Positions 1-11,073 of a stretch of 64,000 bases of DNA are shown piece by piece. A program made the translations under genes and the position numbers. The notes beneath the pieces are model-generated. The model saw only the letters and a program-made list of their open reading frames with translations, made no database searches and had not been told where the DNA came from. How positions within the stretch are numbered: position 1 is the stretch's first letter; each line of letters starts with the position of its first letter. Source of the DNA: Phyllobates terribilis (taxonomy: Eukaryota); assembly GCF_046119375.1 (NCBI RefSeq), contig NW_027362767.1:262322001-262386000 (forward strand). The letters run 5' to 3'.

Positions 1-59
1 AAAACATTGGCAGATTCAGGAGAACAGCGACATTTACACCAGGTAAGGTATTTCAAATT

Positions 60-480
60 TCTAGCAACAGACATTGCTGTTTTCCTGCAGATAAAAGGTC
101 AATGCTGCCTCACTGAAACTAAATCTGCAGGGAAAAAATGAACTTGTTTCTTCCCAGGAGCTGCTGACTTTCAGTCATGGTGGTGTGGCTGAGCGGCTAG
201 TCATCGTTCATGTAAGCACGCCCTTTGAGTGACAGCCACTGCTGCACCGTGAGCTGCCAGAGTAACGGCGTGCTGACATCTACCACTCCCACTATAGTGA
301 GCTTTGACGGTAGCCGCTCAGTGCACACACCATGACTGAAAGCCGGCGGCTCCTGGGAGGAAATCGCTTCATTATCTCCCTGTAGCTGCGCTGTCAGTAA
401 AGTGCCAGGCTGCATTGACCTGAAGATTGCCGGCACATCTGCAGGTACAGAGCATCAGCCGAGGTGACAGATTCCCCTAA
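60..480. mobile_element. Palindromic MITE, T2/Kolobok-like
   Basis: Internal inverted repeat (about 130-200 versus 320-385) and a right end ggtgacagattcccctaa resembling the T2-type ends elsewhere in the window; left boundary uncertain. Confidence 0.45.
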
Positions 481-999
481 GGTGACTTTCCGGTCTGAGA
501 AGGTGATGTTATGTCACTATCTGATCAGGGGAGATAAACACAGGCTCCAGTCTCGGCTTCGGATAATGGAGGGCCCCGTTTCCCTGCGCAGCTCCACGGT
601 TCCTCATTTATTAGAAGAGGTCAGACCCCGAGTCCAGCTCACAGGGGATTGTCTAGGCTAGATGCAGTTGGAACAAACCCTCAGCTGTGAGAGGCATTAC
701 TACAGGACTGGATATAGTGATGTCATTGAGTGACAGCAGCAGAGATGTTAGTACATGGACATAAACTGATCGGAAACCACTATGTGACTATGGAGGGAAT
801 TAAACAAGTCCTCCCTAGAGCCACTGTGTAGGTGAACGGCTCCCTGACATGCTGCAATCCGTAGTCTGCCGGGGTTATCTCTGCTCGTTATGTTATGGAG
901 TTTCTATTTAAGCATTTCTCTAATAAATGCTGCTACTTTTCTCCACATCAAGGTCAATTTAAGAGCCAAATATAATTAAAGTGATGAGAGCAGAAGCAG

Positions 1000-1290
1000 A
1001 GAGCCGAGATAAGTGACGGACTGAACCGACGGTTTCCCTCCGTGTGTGTGAAAACGGGAACCATAATTACCTGCTCTTGTTTCCCCTGAGCGGGTGGGGA
1101 GAGATTTTACTGCCGGACCGTAGTCTTCTCATCAAGGTTCCAAGCGCAGCTTCCGGTAAGTGAGGTCGGGGAACAGGGAGATCATGTGACCGGGCTTACA
1201 CTCCTAGGAGGGGGGCGTCTTTACCAATCAGAACGCGGCTTGTATGAGCTGCACCACCTGAAAAAGAGCAGTGATTTGATTGGTTCCTAT
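1000..1290 (+). promoter_or_regulatory. HDHD3: Probable HDHD3 promoter and non-coding first exon ending at 1155
   Basis: CpG-enriched segment, strong donor ccg|gtaagt (GT at 1156-1157), E-box tcatgtgac near 1182, CCAAT motifs near 1224 and 1278; the HDHD3 coding exon has its own acceptor at 5629-5630. Confidence 0.55.
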
Positions 1291-2448
1291 TAGTAAGAAG
1301 GACTTTATTATTTCCTGTGTTTCAGTGGCTGAATCCCAGTTGGTAGATACCTAGCAGTGATGAGTGAGGAGGGACAGCGCTGTGCACTCAGTGTGATACA
1401 CAGCCATGACACCAAGAAGGCACCAAGCATGGTGGGATGAGGCTGGACAAAAGCCTCGCTGTGAAGGGCTTGTCCACTACTCTAATACTGGCCTATGTTT
1501 AGGATAATAGTATAGAAAATTGGGTGCTCAGCGATATGGTGATGCTCTGGAGTACAATGGCCAAAATCCGTAATAGATAGAAACTCCAGCACTCCAAATC
1601 ATAGAATGCCAATTGTTTATTAACAACGAAGTAGCAGAAGCTAGATAATCAGACCCAAAATGAAGTCAGGTAGAGGACTGAACGTTTCGGCCTGGCATGG
1701 CCTTTGTGTCAAGGTATATGGTGTCTGAAGGGTCCCAATGTGCAGAAGCACGGTCTCTGTGGAATCACGGCATTCACAGATGCCATGGGTTATTTAAAAA
1801 GAAATTAAGTTATCTCATACCCAAAGAACAGGTGATCGCTGGGGGTCCGACCAATGGGACCACCAGCGATCCTGAGAATGGGGCTCTGGAATGCCATCCT
1901 GAATGGAGTTGCATTGCTCTCACTCGACCTCCGCTCTATTCACTATCTATGGGGATGCCAGAGAAAGAGGTGTTCACCGCTCCGTTATTTTCCCAGTCCC
2001 ATAGACAACGAATGTGCGCCTCCCTTCCATTCAGCTGAATATCCCCTATCCTTTGTGTAGGGATTAACCCTATAAAATCATATTTCCCCACACCCTGCAT
2101 AAATAAACAGCCTCTAAACCTGACTTCTGCCCTAGTACAGACTGTGCAGTCTGGCTTTCTGTGTAGCCTATAGCTGGCCATACACATAAGATAGCCATCT
2201 CTCCTGACTCTCCCATACACAGGAGCTCTCTGCTCAACTGACCGCTCCTGGGCTCTGTATGAGAGAGCCACTGGCTTATCTTCAGGAGAACAAAAGGATC
2301 GGGGAATTTATTCCATCTGCCCATTCCTTATGTCCCCCGATATAATCTGTAAGGGAAGAGTCAGGAGGCCCCTTACACATTAGATGGTCGGCCGATCCTT
2401 CAGGAGTCAGTGAGTTCGGATGACTTTTATTTAAAGTGTATTGGGGCC

Positions 2449-2817
2449 TTAAAGGGAACCTGTTATTTTGAAAATTGTGTCTGATCCGCAGGCAGGATGT
2501 TCTAGTGCTGGAGGATGTGATCAGCATAATATACATTTTTGTGGGAAAGGTTTCTGTATAGCTTGTATTTTATTCATTGAAGTATGCAGTAGTCCAGTGG
2601 GCGGTCCCTGTGGGACTCTGCATGCAGAGATTGTCGTCAGTCACTGAATAGGACCACCCACTCAACTCCTGCATACAAACACCAGGAAAGTCAATGAATA
2701 AAATACAAGTGATATTGAATAATTCCCCAGAATTCTACATATTATACAACACAGCTTCTCCTCCTCTATACTATGGTATTCACAGATCACACCTCGTGTA
2801 CAACCTGACAGGTTCCA
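2449..2817. mobile_element. T2/Kolobok-like MITE
   Basis: ttaaagggaacctgt start and tgacaggttcc end, with an internal inverted repeat. Confidence 0.55.
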
Positions 2818-2827
2818 ATCCGGTTAA

Positions 2828-3669
2828 GGCTGTGTGCCCACGATGCGTTTTTTAAGCGTTTCCGCAGCGGCAATTCCGCTGCAGAAACGCTTAAAAAACG
2901 CATGGTAGAAGGTCTGCCATGTTCCCCAATGATAATCCGCATGTGCTGTGCACATGCTGTTGAAATTTCCGCTGCGGATTATCAGTACGGAAAAATATGC
3001 AGTACTACCAATTATTTTGCGGAAGCGCTGCGTTTTCACCGCCATTGACTTTCATTGGAACGCATGGATTACGCATCACTGCATCTGTACATGCAGAATC
3101 CATGCGTTTCAATGTGCGGATGGTACCCGGGTTTGGAGAAGAGGAGACTCTCCTCCGGACCCGGGTACCATAGAATCTGTAAAAAAAAATACTAAAATAA
3201 AAAATAACCATTATACTTACCTTCTGATGGCCCCCGGTCTCCTTGTCTTCGCTTGCCGGCAGATCGCGGTGGACTGAAGGACCTGCGCTGACATCATTTA
3301 GTCATATGACGGCTGGTCCTTCAGTGTACCGCGAGCTGCCGGCAAGCCGAGACGCATCGAATAAAGACACCGCGGGCCATCAGAAGGTAAGTATAATTTT
3401 TATATTTTACCATTCTTTAAGGTCACACTATATAAATCCATACCGGTTGCATGGATTTATATAGTGTGACCAAGTTGTCAAGCACTTTCCAAGTGATGCT
3501 TGGAAAGCGCTTGTCAACCCGCATGTGGAAATGCAAGTGAAGAACGCTTCACATCCGTATGTCCCTGGCAGGAAAACGCATGTACAATCCGCATGCGTTT
3601 TTTCTGCCAGGGACATGCAGAAACGCTCAAAAAAAATCCGGAGCATTTCCGCATCGTGGGCACATAGCC
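2828..3669 (+). mobile_element. PIF/Harbinger (Tourist-like) non-autonomous element
   Basis: TAA target duplication (2825-2827, 3670-3672); 20-bp TIR ggctgtgtgcccacgatgcg / cgcatcgtgggcacatagcc; an inverted copy lies at 55185-56135. Confidence 0.8.
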
Positions 3670-3777
3670 TAAGACAACAGCTCTCACGTGACCATGACTC
3701 CCTTTATTGCGTTACACCAACACCCTGGTGTGATTTTTAGGTCTGTACGCCCTGCTATTTTGAACAGGTTAGCTTAA

Positions 3778-4512
3778 GGCTATGCTCCCACGTAGCAGAT
3801 TTGATGCAGAGCATTTTTGCCTCTCTCTGGCAGAAAAAAACACATACAGATTTACATGCTTTTTTTTCTGCCAGAGAGAAGCTTTTTTTCAGCATTTTTA
3901 CATGCGTTTTCGCATGCGTTTTTTCAAGCACTTTTCCAAGCGATTTTAAGCGTCACTTGGAAAAGTGCTTGACAAGTTGGTCACACAATATAAATCCATG
4001 CAACCGGCATGGATTTATATTGTGTGACCAACTTAGATGCTTTAAATGCTGCATCTATAGTAAAAAAAAAAAAAAACATCAGCTGACTAAATGACGTCAC
4101 CGCGGGTCCTGCAAGTACACCACGGGACGCCGAGGAGAGAGGATCGGCACCGGGAGGAGACTGGAGAGGTGAGTATACAGTTTTTTTTTATTTTTTACTT
4201 TTTTATTTCTTTTTTTCACCGCGTGGTAGCCGGGATGAAGAGGAGTTGTAGTCTCTTCTTCATCCTGGGTACCACACGCACCGCGATTACGCTGCAAATT
4301 CGCGGTCATTGAATTTAATTGAAACGCTGCATTTCAATGTTCCTCAATGGCCGCAAATTTGCAGCGTAATCGCGGTAGAAATGGTCATGCTGCGTTTTGC
4401 AACGCAATGCGAATTTGGCTCGCTAATTAGCGCATCATGCACACAGCACATCCGAATTCACATTTCTTTGCATGGCAGACAGTTTTACAAGCGTTTTTGC
4501 GGACGCATGGCC
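3778..4512. mobile_element. Related Harbinger-type non-autonomous element
   Basis: TAA flanks (3775-3777, 4513-4515), imperfect TIR ggctatgc / gcatggcc, and an internal hairpin ggtcacacaatataaatccatgc-aaccg-gcatggatttatattgtgtgacc shared with the 2828 element. Confidence 0.65.
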
Positions 4513-5326
4513 TAAAATTTCACGTTATGGCATAAAATAACAGGGAAATGGTGCAAGAATTAAACATGGATGACCTATATCATGGTGGTTTAGGTTAAGG
4601 CATGCCCAGTCTCATCCAAAACAGACATCACATCTGTCCTCCCAGTTATACAGGGGAGAGAGCGTCGTATCATACACAACACTGCATACAGGGTATTCAC
4701 AGTATAGTGGCCAGTAGGTGGCGCTGTAAATCTCACGTTTAGCGGTTCTTGCCTGCTCAGACTTTTAGTTTCACGAATCACAGCATTCAATATTACCTGT
4801 GCATTTTATTTTTTTTTCAGCCAGTGACCGCTTCATGGCTGTTTGGTAAAATAAGCCCCGTTTCCAGGCTCTGATAGGGAAGATGTTGGGGCTTGCACCT
4901 AAGACAATAATGTTCTCGAACAGTTAATCCCCTGGGTACACATGTGCCAGCGCACAGTGACTGTGGCTCTATGTGTTTGCTTAAATTCTTACCCAAGATA
5001 TTTATTGTGCCCATCATAATGTGGGAGAGGTTATAAGATTTCTGATATGTGTCAAGATGGAGTCATGTGCTCTTTGTGGAGGGAGGAGGGGTATGCAGCT
5101 GATGAATAATATGGGGGAAACATTTGGACATAAAGGAGAAGTACCTGTTCTATGACTAATGGGAATGTTGGGTGGAGTGTAAATTCCAGAGTATAGTTGT
5201 AATTTAGGAAAAAATGAGTGCTCCATCTTCTCTTGTCAGCGAGAAAATGGACCCCCAATTCAAAACATAGAGTAGAATATGCCAATGGTTCTCTATCAGC
5301 CATTTCTGGTTGGAGATAGAGGCTTA

Positions 5327-5529
5327 GGCTTGGGCCCCACTATCAGTATTTGGTCAGTATTCGGTCAGTATTTTTTCTCAGGAGTGGGAGCCAAAACCAG
5401 GAGTGGGTAATAAATGCAGAATTGGTGACTTGTTTCTATTATACCTTTTCTCTGATTGTTCCTCATCTGGTTTTGGCTCCCACTCCTGAGAAAAAATACT
5501 GACAGAATACTGATAGTGGGGCTGTGGCC
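5327..5529. mobile_element. Palindromic Tourist-like MITE (copy 1 of 3), in the HDHD3 intron
   Basis: TTA flanks, near-complete self-complementarity, same family as 50434-50661 and 62046-62229. Confidence 0.8.
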
Positions 5530-5645
5530 TTACACTAGTGTCCGTCCATGGGATTAGGTGACAATTGGGTTAGTTGCCCTTTAAATAGTAACTCTGCTAT
5601 ACTGCAACTAACGGTTGTCTCCTTTTTCAGAAAAGTTGTTGAAAA

Positions 5646-6356
5646 ATGAAACTCAAGCTTCTAACATGGGATGTGAAGGACACCCTGCTTCGGATGCGGC
5701 TTCCCGTCGGCCAACAGTACCAGGCGGAGGCCAGGAGCAGAGGCCTTCAGGTGGAGTCTGCCGCCCTGGAGTCTTCCTTTCAGCAGGTGTACGGCAACTA
5801 TTGTCGTCTGTTCCCCAATTATGGCCGCTCCCAGGGCATGACTTCTCAGCAGTGGTGGCTGGACGTGGTGTCCCAAACATTTCGTCTCACAGGCGTCCAA
5901 GATGAGAAGTTCCTCCAACCCCTGTCTGAGAAACTCTACCAGGACTTCTCTACCGCCAAGTACTGGGAGGTCTTACCCGGCGCCCGAGAGGCACTTATAG
6001 GATGCAGTGAACTGGGGCTTAAGATGGCGGTGATCTCCAACTTTGACCGGAGGTTGGAGGACATCCTCAGGCAGGTTGAATTAGACGGACATTTTGATTT
6101 TGTGCTCACTTCGGAGAGCGCCGGTGTTGCTAAACCAGATCTGGGTATTTTTCATAAGGCCCTGAAGCTGGGGGACGTGGCTCCGCATCACGTCGCTCAT
6201 GTCGGAGATGATTTTGTGAATGATTATAAGGCTGCTAGAGAAGCCGGGATGTTCAGCTTCCTCCTCCAGAGGGGTCTCAGGGATGACATCCCTTCAGATC
6301 ACTTTATCCAGTCACTAGATCAGCTTGTCCCCCAACTACAAGAGCTCATGAAATAA
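5646..6356 (+). CDS. HDHD3: Haloacid dehalogenase-like hydrolase domain-containing protein 3 (236 aa, single coding exon)
   Basis: HAD motifs WDVKDTL, ISNFD, AKPD and HVGDD; branch point ctaac and acceptor tttttcag at 5629-5630 just upstream; adjacent to BSPRY as in mammals. Confidence 0.93.
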   Translation: MKLKLLTWDVKDTLLRMRLPVGQQYQAEARSRGLQVESAALESSFQQVYGNYCRLFPNYGRSQGMTSQQWWLDVVSQTFRLTGVQDEKFLQPLSEKLYQDFSTAKYWEVLPGAREALIGCSELGLKMAVISNFDRRLEDILRQVELDGHFDFVLTSESAGVAKPDLGIFHKALKLGDVAPHHVAHVGDDFVNDYKAAREAGMFSFLLQRGLRDDIPSDHFIQSLDQLVPQLQELMK

Positions 6357-6651
6357 CAGGGGACTCCTGACTGATCTCATCTTAAAGGGGATTTCCAGCT
6401 CAAAAAACATGAAGGAGTAAAAGGGCAGACATGACTTTAAGCGTTGCTAGGGATGTGCCCTAGCAACAACCATAGCAAACAAAACTATTAAAAAGTCTGG
6501 TTGCTAGGCAAAGTACCCATAGCAACAGCACTCAGAGACAAACGTGAACTGTTGCTGAGCTGTTGTATATTTGGGAGTTTTTTTGCAAGATTTCAGGAAG
6601 AGAATCCGATAAATGCATCTTTTCTAAAATTGTGTGAAAATTTTAAAAATA

Positions 6652-8281
6652 CAGTACAGACCAAAAGTTTGGACACACCTTCTCATTTAAAGATTTTTCT
6701 GTATTTTCATGACTATGAAAATTGTACATTCACACTGAAGGCATCAAAACTATGAATTAACACATGTGGAATTATATACTTAACAAAAAAGTGTGAAACA
6801 ACTGAAAATATGTCTTATGTTCTAGGTTCTTCAAAGTAGCCACCTTTTGCTTTGATGACTGGTTTGCACACTCTTGGCATTCTCTTGATGAGCTACAAGT
6901 GGTAGTCACCGGAAATGGTCTTCCAACAATCTTGAAGGAGTTCCCAGAGATGCTTAGCATTTGTTGGCCCTTTTGCCTTCACTCTGCGGTCCAGCTCACC
7001 CCAAACCATCTCGATTGGGTTCAGGTCTGGTGACTGTGGAGGCGAGGTCATCTGGCGTAGCACCCCATCACTCTTCTTCTTGGTCAAATAGCCCTTACAC
7101 AGCCTGGAGGTGTGTTTGGGGTCATTGTCCTGTTGAAAAATAAATGATGGTCCAACTAAACGCAAACCAGATGGAATAGCATGCCGCTGCAAGATGCTGT
7201 GGTAGCCATGCTGGTTTAGTATGCCTTCAATTTTGAATAAATCCCCAACAGTGTCACCAGCAAAGCACCCCCACACCATCACACCTCCTCCTCCATGTTT
7301 CACGGTGGGAACCCGGCATGTAGAGTCCATCCGTTCACCTTTTCTGCGTCACACAAAGACACGGTGCTTGGAACCAAAGATCTCAAATTTGGACTCATCA
7401 GACCAAAGCACAGATTTCCACTGGTCTAATGTCCATTCCTTGTGTTCTTTAGCCCAAACAAGTCTCTTCTGCTTGTTGCCTGTCCTTAGCAGTGGTTTCC
7501 TAGCAGCTATTTTACCATGAAGGCCTGCTGCACAAAGTCTCCTCTTAACAGTTGTTGTAGAGATGTGTCTGCTGCTAGAACTCTGTGTGGCATTGACCTG
7601 GTCTCTAATCTGAGCTGCTGTTAACCTGTGATTTCTGAGGCTGGTGACTCGGATAAACTTATCCTCAGAAGCAGAGGTGACTCTTGGTCTTCCTTTTCTG
7701 GGGCGGTCCTCATGTGAGCCAGTTTCTTTGTAGCGCTTGATGGTTTTTGCAACTGCACTTGGGGACACTTTCAAAGTTTGCCCAATTTTTTGGACTGACT
7801 GACCTTCATTTCTTAAAGTAATGATGGCCACTCGTTTTTCTTTACTTAGCTGCTTTTTTCTTGCCATAATACAAATTCTAACAGTCTATTCAGTAGGACT
7901 ATCAGCTGTGTATCCACCTGACTTCTGCACAACACAACTGATGGTCCCAAGCCCATTTATAAGGCAAGAAATCCCAGTTATTAAACCTGACAGGGCACAC
8001 CTATGAAGTGAAAACCATTTCCGGTGACTACCTCTTGAAGCTCATCAAGAGAATGCCAAGAGTGTGCAAAGCAGTCATCAAAGCAAAAGGTGGCTACTTT
8101 GAAGAACCTAGAATATAAGACATATTTTCAGTTGTTTCACACTTTTTTGTTAAGTATATAATTCCACATGTGTTAATTCATAGTTTTGATGCCTTCAGTG
8201 TGAATGTACAATTTTCAAAGTCATGAAAATACAGAAAAATCTTTAAATGAGAAGATGTGTCCAAACTTTTGGTCTGTACTG
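6652..8281 (-). mobile_element. Tc1-family DNA transposon, 1630 bp, about 268-bp ITRs
   Basis: TA target duplication (6650-6651, 8282-8283); ends cagtacagaccaaaagtttggacaca and its reverse complement; ITR 6652-6919 versus 8014-8281 with about 6 mismatches. Confidence 0.95.
6815..7867 (-). pseudogene. Tc1 DD34E transposase with two in-frame stops and no frameshift
   Basis: MARKKQLSKEKR start; catalytic WSDESKF, QQDNDPKH and LNPIEMVW; TGA at 7349-7351 and TAG at 6893-6895 in one continuous frame ending GYFEEPRT*. Confidence 0.9.
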
Positions 8282-8971
8282 TATCTCATTTAATAAAATG
8301 TGAGTTACCACTTATTTCGCCGCCGTTATGGGGATGGTCGCCCAGTAATGGCGGCCACATAGGTTGTCATCTAGAAACGCTGCCCACTGCTGTAGGAGTA
8401 GTTTATTACTAGGCATATTTGCCCTCCAGGAAACTGCATGAGCCGTGGCATTCACGTCTTGTCACCCGGGGAGGTCCCTTTAAATGTGCCACTTGCTGTT
8501 TTCTGTACCAAGCGGGCAAAGTCCACTTCCTTCTCCATGCACAGTTGACAGCGGGTGAGATAAATCTGAGGTCTATTTGCGATCAGCGGCTTATCTGAGT
8601 GAAGAGGGGACATAACAGGAGCGTGGGAGCTGTGTACACAAAACTGTATACAGGGTCCTGGCTCTTAGCCCCTGACGGGTACAGCGTGCATTACGGAAAT
8701 TAAAGGGAAATTCAGAAAAAATCCTACCCTGGGTGATCATCCTTGGTCACATTTTTCCAGGTGACAGTACGATGCTGCATCATATCTTTGACCAAATAAA
8801 CAGTACACCCTCAATTCCAAAGGCCTCCACCTCCTTTCACATGGTAATCCTCTAGTTTGCCAGTTTATGGGCTCCCAAAATTTTTTAAATTGTGTTGCCA
8901 AAATGTAATGTGTAATGTTATAATAGACCAAAGACACATAAATGTTATAACAATATAATATTTTAATAGTG

Positions 8972-9350
8972 AAGGTGACCTGTCACTTTCATAAATATGT
9001 AGTTTTTTTAACCCAGTGTAAATGCTACCATTCTCCTGAATCTGGTGATGTTTTTATTTTCTTCCTGCGCCTCTCCATTCTTGAGATATGGCCTCCACTT
9101 CCCTGTATATAACTCTGGTCTTGTTAGCCAAGTGGGTGTAGTCCTCACGGTATTCCACGGGTGTGTTCTTTTTAGGACCACACCCACTTGGCTAATAAGA
9201 CTAGAATTATATACAGGGAAGAGGAGGCCATATCTCAGGAACGGAGCTGCGCAGGAAGAAAAGAAAAACATCACTAGATTCAGGAGAACAGCGGCATTTA
9301 CACCAGCTTAAAAAATTACAAATTTATGACAAGTTTCAGGTTCTATTTAA
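8972..9350. mobile_element. Palindromic T2/Kolobok-like MITE
   Basis: Inverted arms of about 130 bp (9012-9145 versus 9175-9306) and gacctgtca / tgacaagtt ends; the same family sequence occurs at positions 1-45. Confidence 0.65.
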
Positions 9351-10490
9351 TACAACATTATAACTTCTATTAGATTAGAACAATTTTTATAGATTTTTGT
9401 GCAAATATATTTAGAATTTCTGGAATTCTACATCTGAATCTTCACACAATCATGTCTTCCAGAATATCTATATTTTACAGGATTCACAGTCTTAAATTTT
9501 CCAAGGCAAAAGTGGAATGCAAAAATAGTCATGTATATAAGAGAGAGGGGCAAAAACTTTGTAATTCAACATGCAAATGAGCTTGACCAGTATTCTAATT
9601 AGGAAAAAAAGTATCCGCCCACATGTCTCTGGCTCCACCTCCTTGAGGTCAGAAGCAGAAGTGGCGGACAGACCGCCCTCCACGGCTTCAGTGGATGCAA
9701 AAATTGCAAAAATATTACATTGCCATCTACTGACGAGGTTTGGATTTATCGCTCTGTTCCCCATGCCACCCTGGATGTAGGAGGAATGGTGCGCCAAAGT
9801 AAGCATGGCCACTACTAATACTACATTGCTGGCCAGACAAGGTGGCCCATGGAGAAATCATGGGTGGCAGGAGCTGGACATACAACCTGTTCATCACCTC
9901 ACCAGCTATATTAGAGATCAGTTAGGGTTATTTTCTGTTGGATCATTAATAATGTTTTCACTTTAACTCAATAGCACCACCCTTGTCCTTGGGTTGGGTC
10001 TGGTATTGCAGCTCAGCCCGATTCATTTGGTTGCGCTGCTGTAGTATCAGACACAAGCTGTGGACATGAATGGTGCTGTTTCTGGAAAATAAAAAGTAGG
10101 GTCTTGGGACTTCTGGAACATTTTTGCAGGACTTCCAAGAAGTCAGTGTTACATAACATAGTATGACCTGGTCCTAGGGAGTCACACATTGATTTCTCAG
10201 TGATAACATGCCACCTGGTGTCCATCATGGTCTTACTGCATTCTGCTTGTGGGACCTCAAGTTCGGATCCCACGTATCATTCTGTAGACCTAACATAGGC
10301 AAGGAAGGCACCGTAGGACCATAATCGGCCACCTATCTCCAACCTGGTAAGGGCCAGCTTCCTGAGAAGCAACCAAACTTTAGGTGGAGTTCATCTTTAC
10401 ATATGTAACAACATCACAGAGATTGTATAAAAATCTTCAGTCACTTCTATACAAATCCCTTTATAAATAAGGAGGACGCATCCATCATCA

Positions 10491-11014
10491 TCACTTCTCA
10501 AGACTAATGCTCTCATCGGCCACTGCAAACACTGGGCTGATCGGAGCGGAGAACCTCGTCTGGTGGCTATGCAAGATGATGCAAGAAGAAGGGTCGAAGA
10601 AGATCAGCTCTCCGGCGTCCATGTCCACCAGGATACCGACTTGTTTGGGACTCTTGAGAAGTTCTACGGGGTGATGCTGAGAGTCGTGGGAAAAGCGGAA
10701 GTCTTTGTCGTAGCGAGAGAAGATCCAGGACACGGGGTTGTAGCCGAGCCTGGCATCATTGCCCGAGCCTTTTCGTGCGATAGATCTGTAGGTGATGCCA
10801 AGCTTGTAGGCACCGCAAGTCTCCACGTTCACCTTCCACATATGGATGCCCTTCTGGAAGGACTCTACTGCCAAGCAGTTGGGCCAGTGGTCGAATCTTT
10901 CAGGTCCGTCTGGATAGTCCTTTGCTTTCTTTAGGAAGAACTTAAGGCTGTTATCGTCTGATAAGGCAAGTAAGGGGCTCATGGTCTTCTCATCAAATGT
11001 GAGGCTTTCACAAG
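10491..11014 (-). CDS. BSPRY: BSPRY coding exon 6 (PRY-SPRY/B30.2 domain to stop codon)
   Basis: Acceptor cttacttttcag; reads (A)CESLTFDEKTMSPLLALSDD...GPERFDHWPNCLAVESFQKGIHMWKV...PVFAVADESISLEK*; 524 nt with phase matching exon 5. Confidence 0.93.
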
Positions 11015-11073
11015 CTGAAAAGTAAGAAGACGTTATGTCCCATCATCCTGAGAGGTTAGGTGATACTAACTGG

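Noticed and set aside
1-960. ALAD 3' end expected from mammalian synteny (aataaa at 922-927)
   Set aside because: No ALAD coding sequence is visible; a lone poly(A) hexamer is not sufficient.
4817-5303. Short overlapping ORFs possibly from a decayed retroelement
   Set aside because: No diagnostic RT, env or endonuclease motif could be confirmed by eye.
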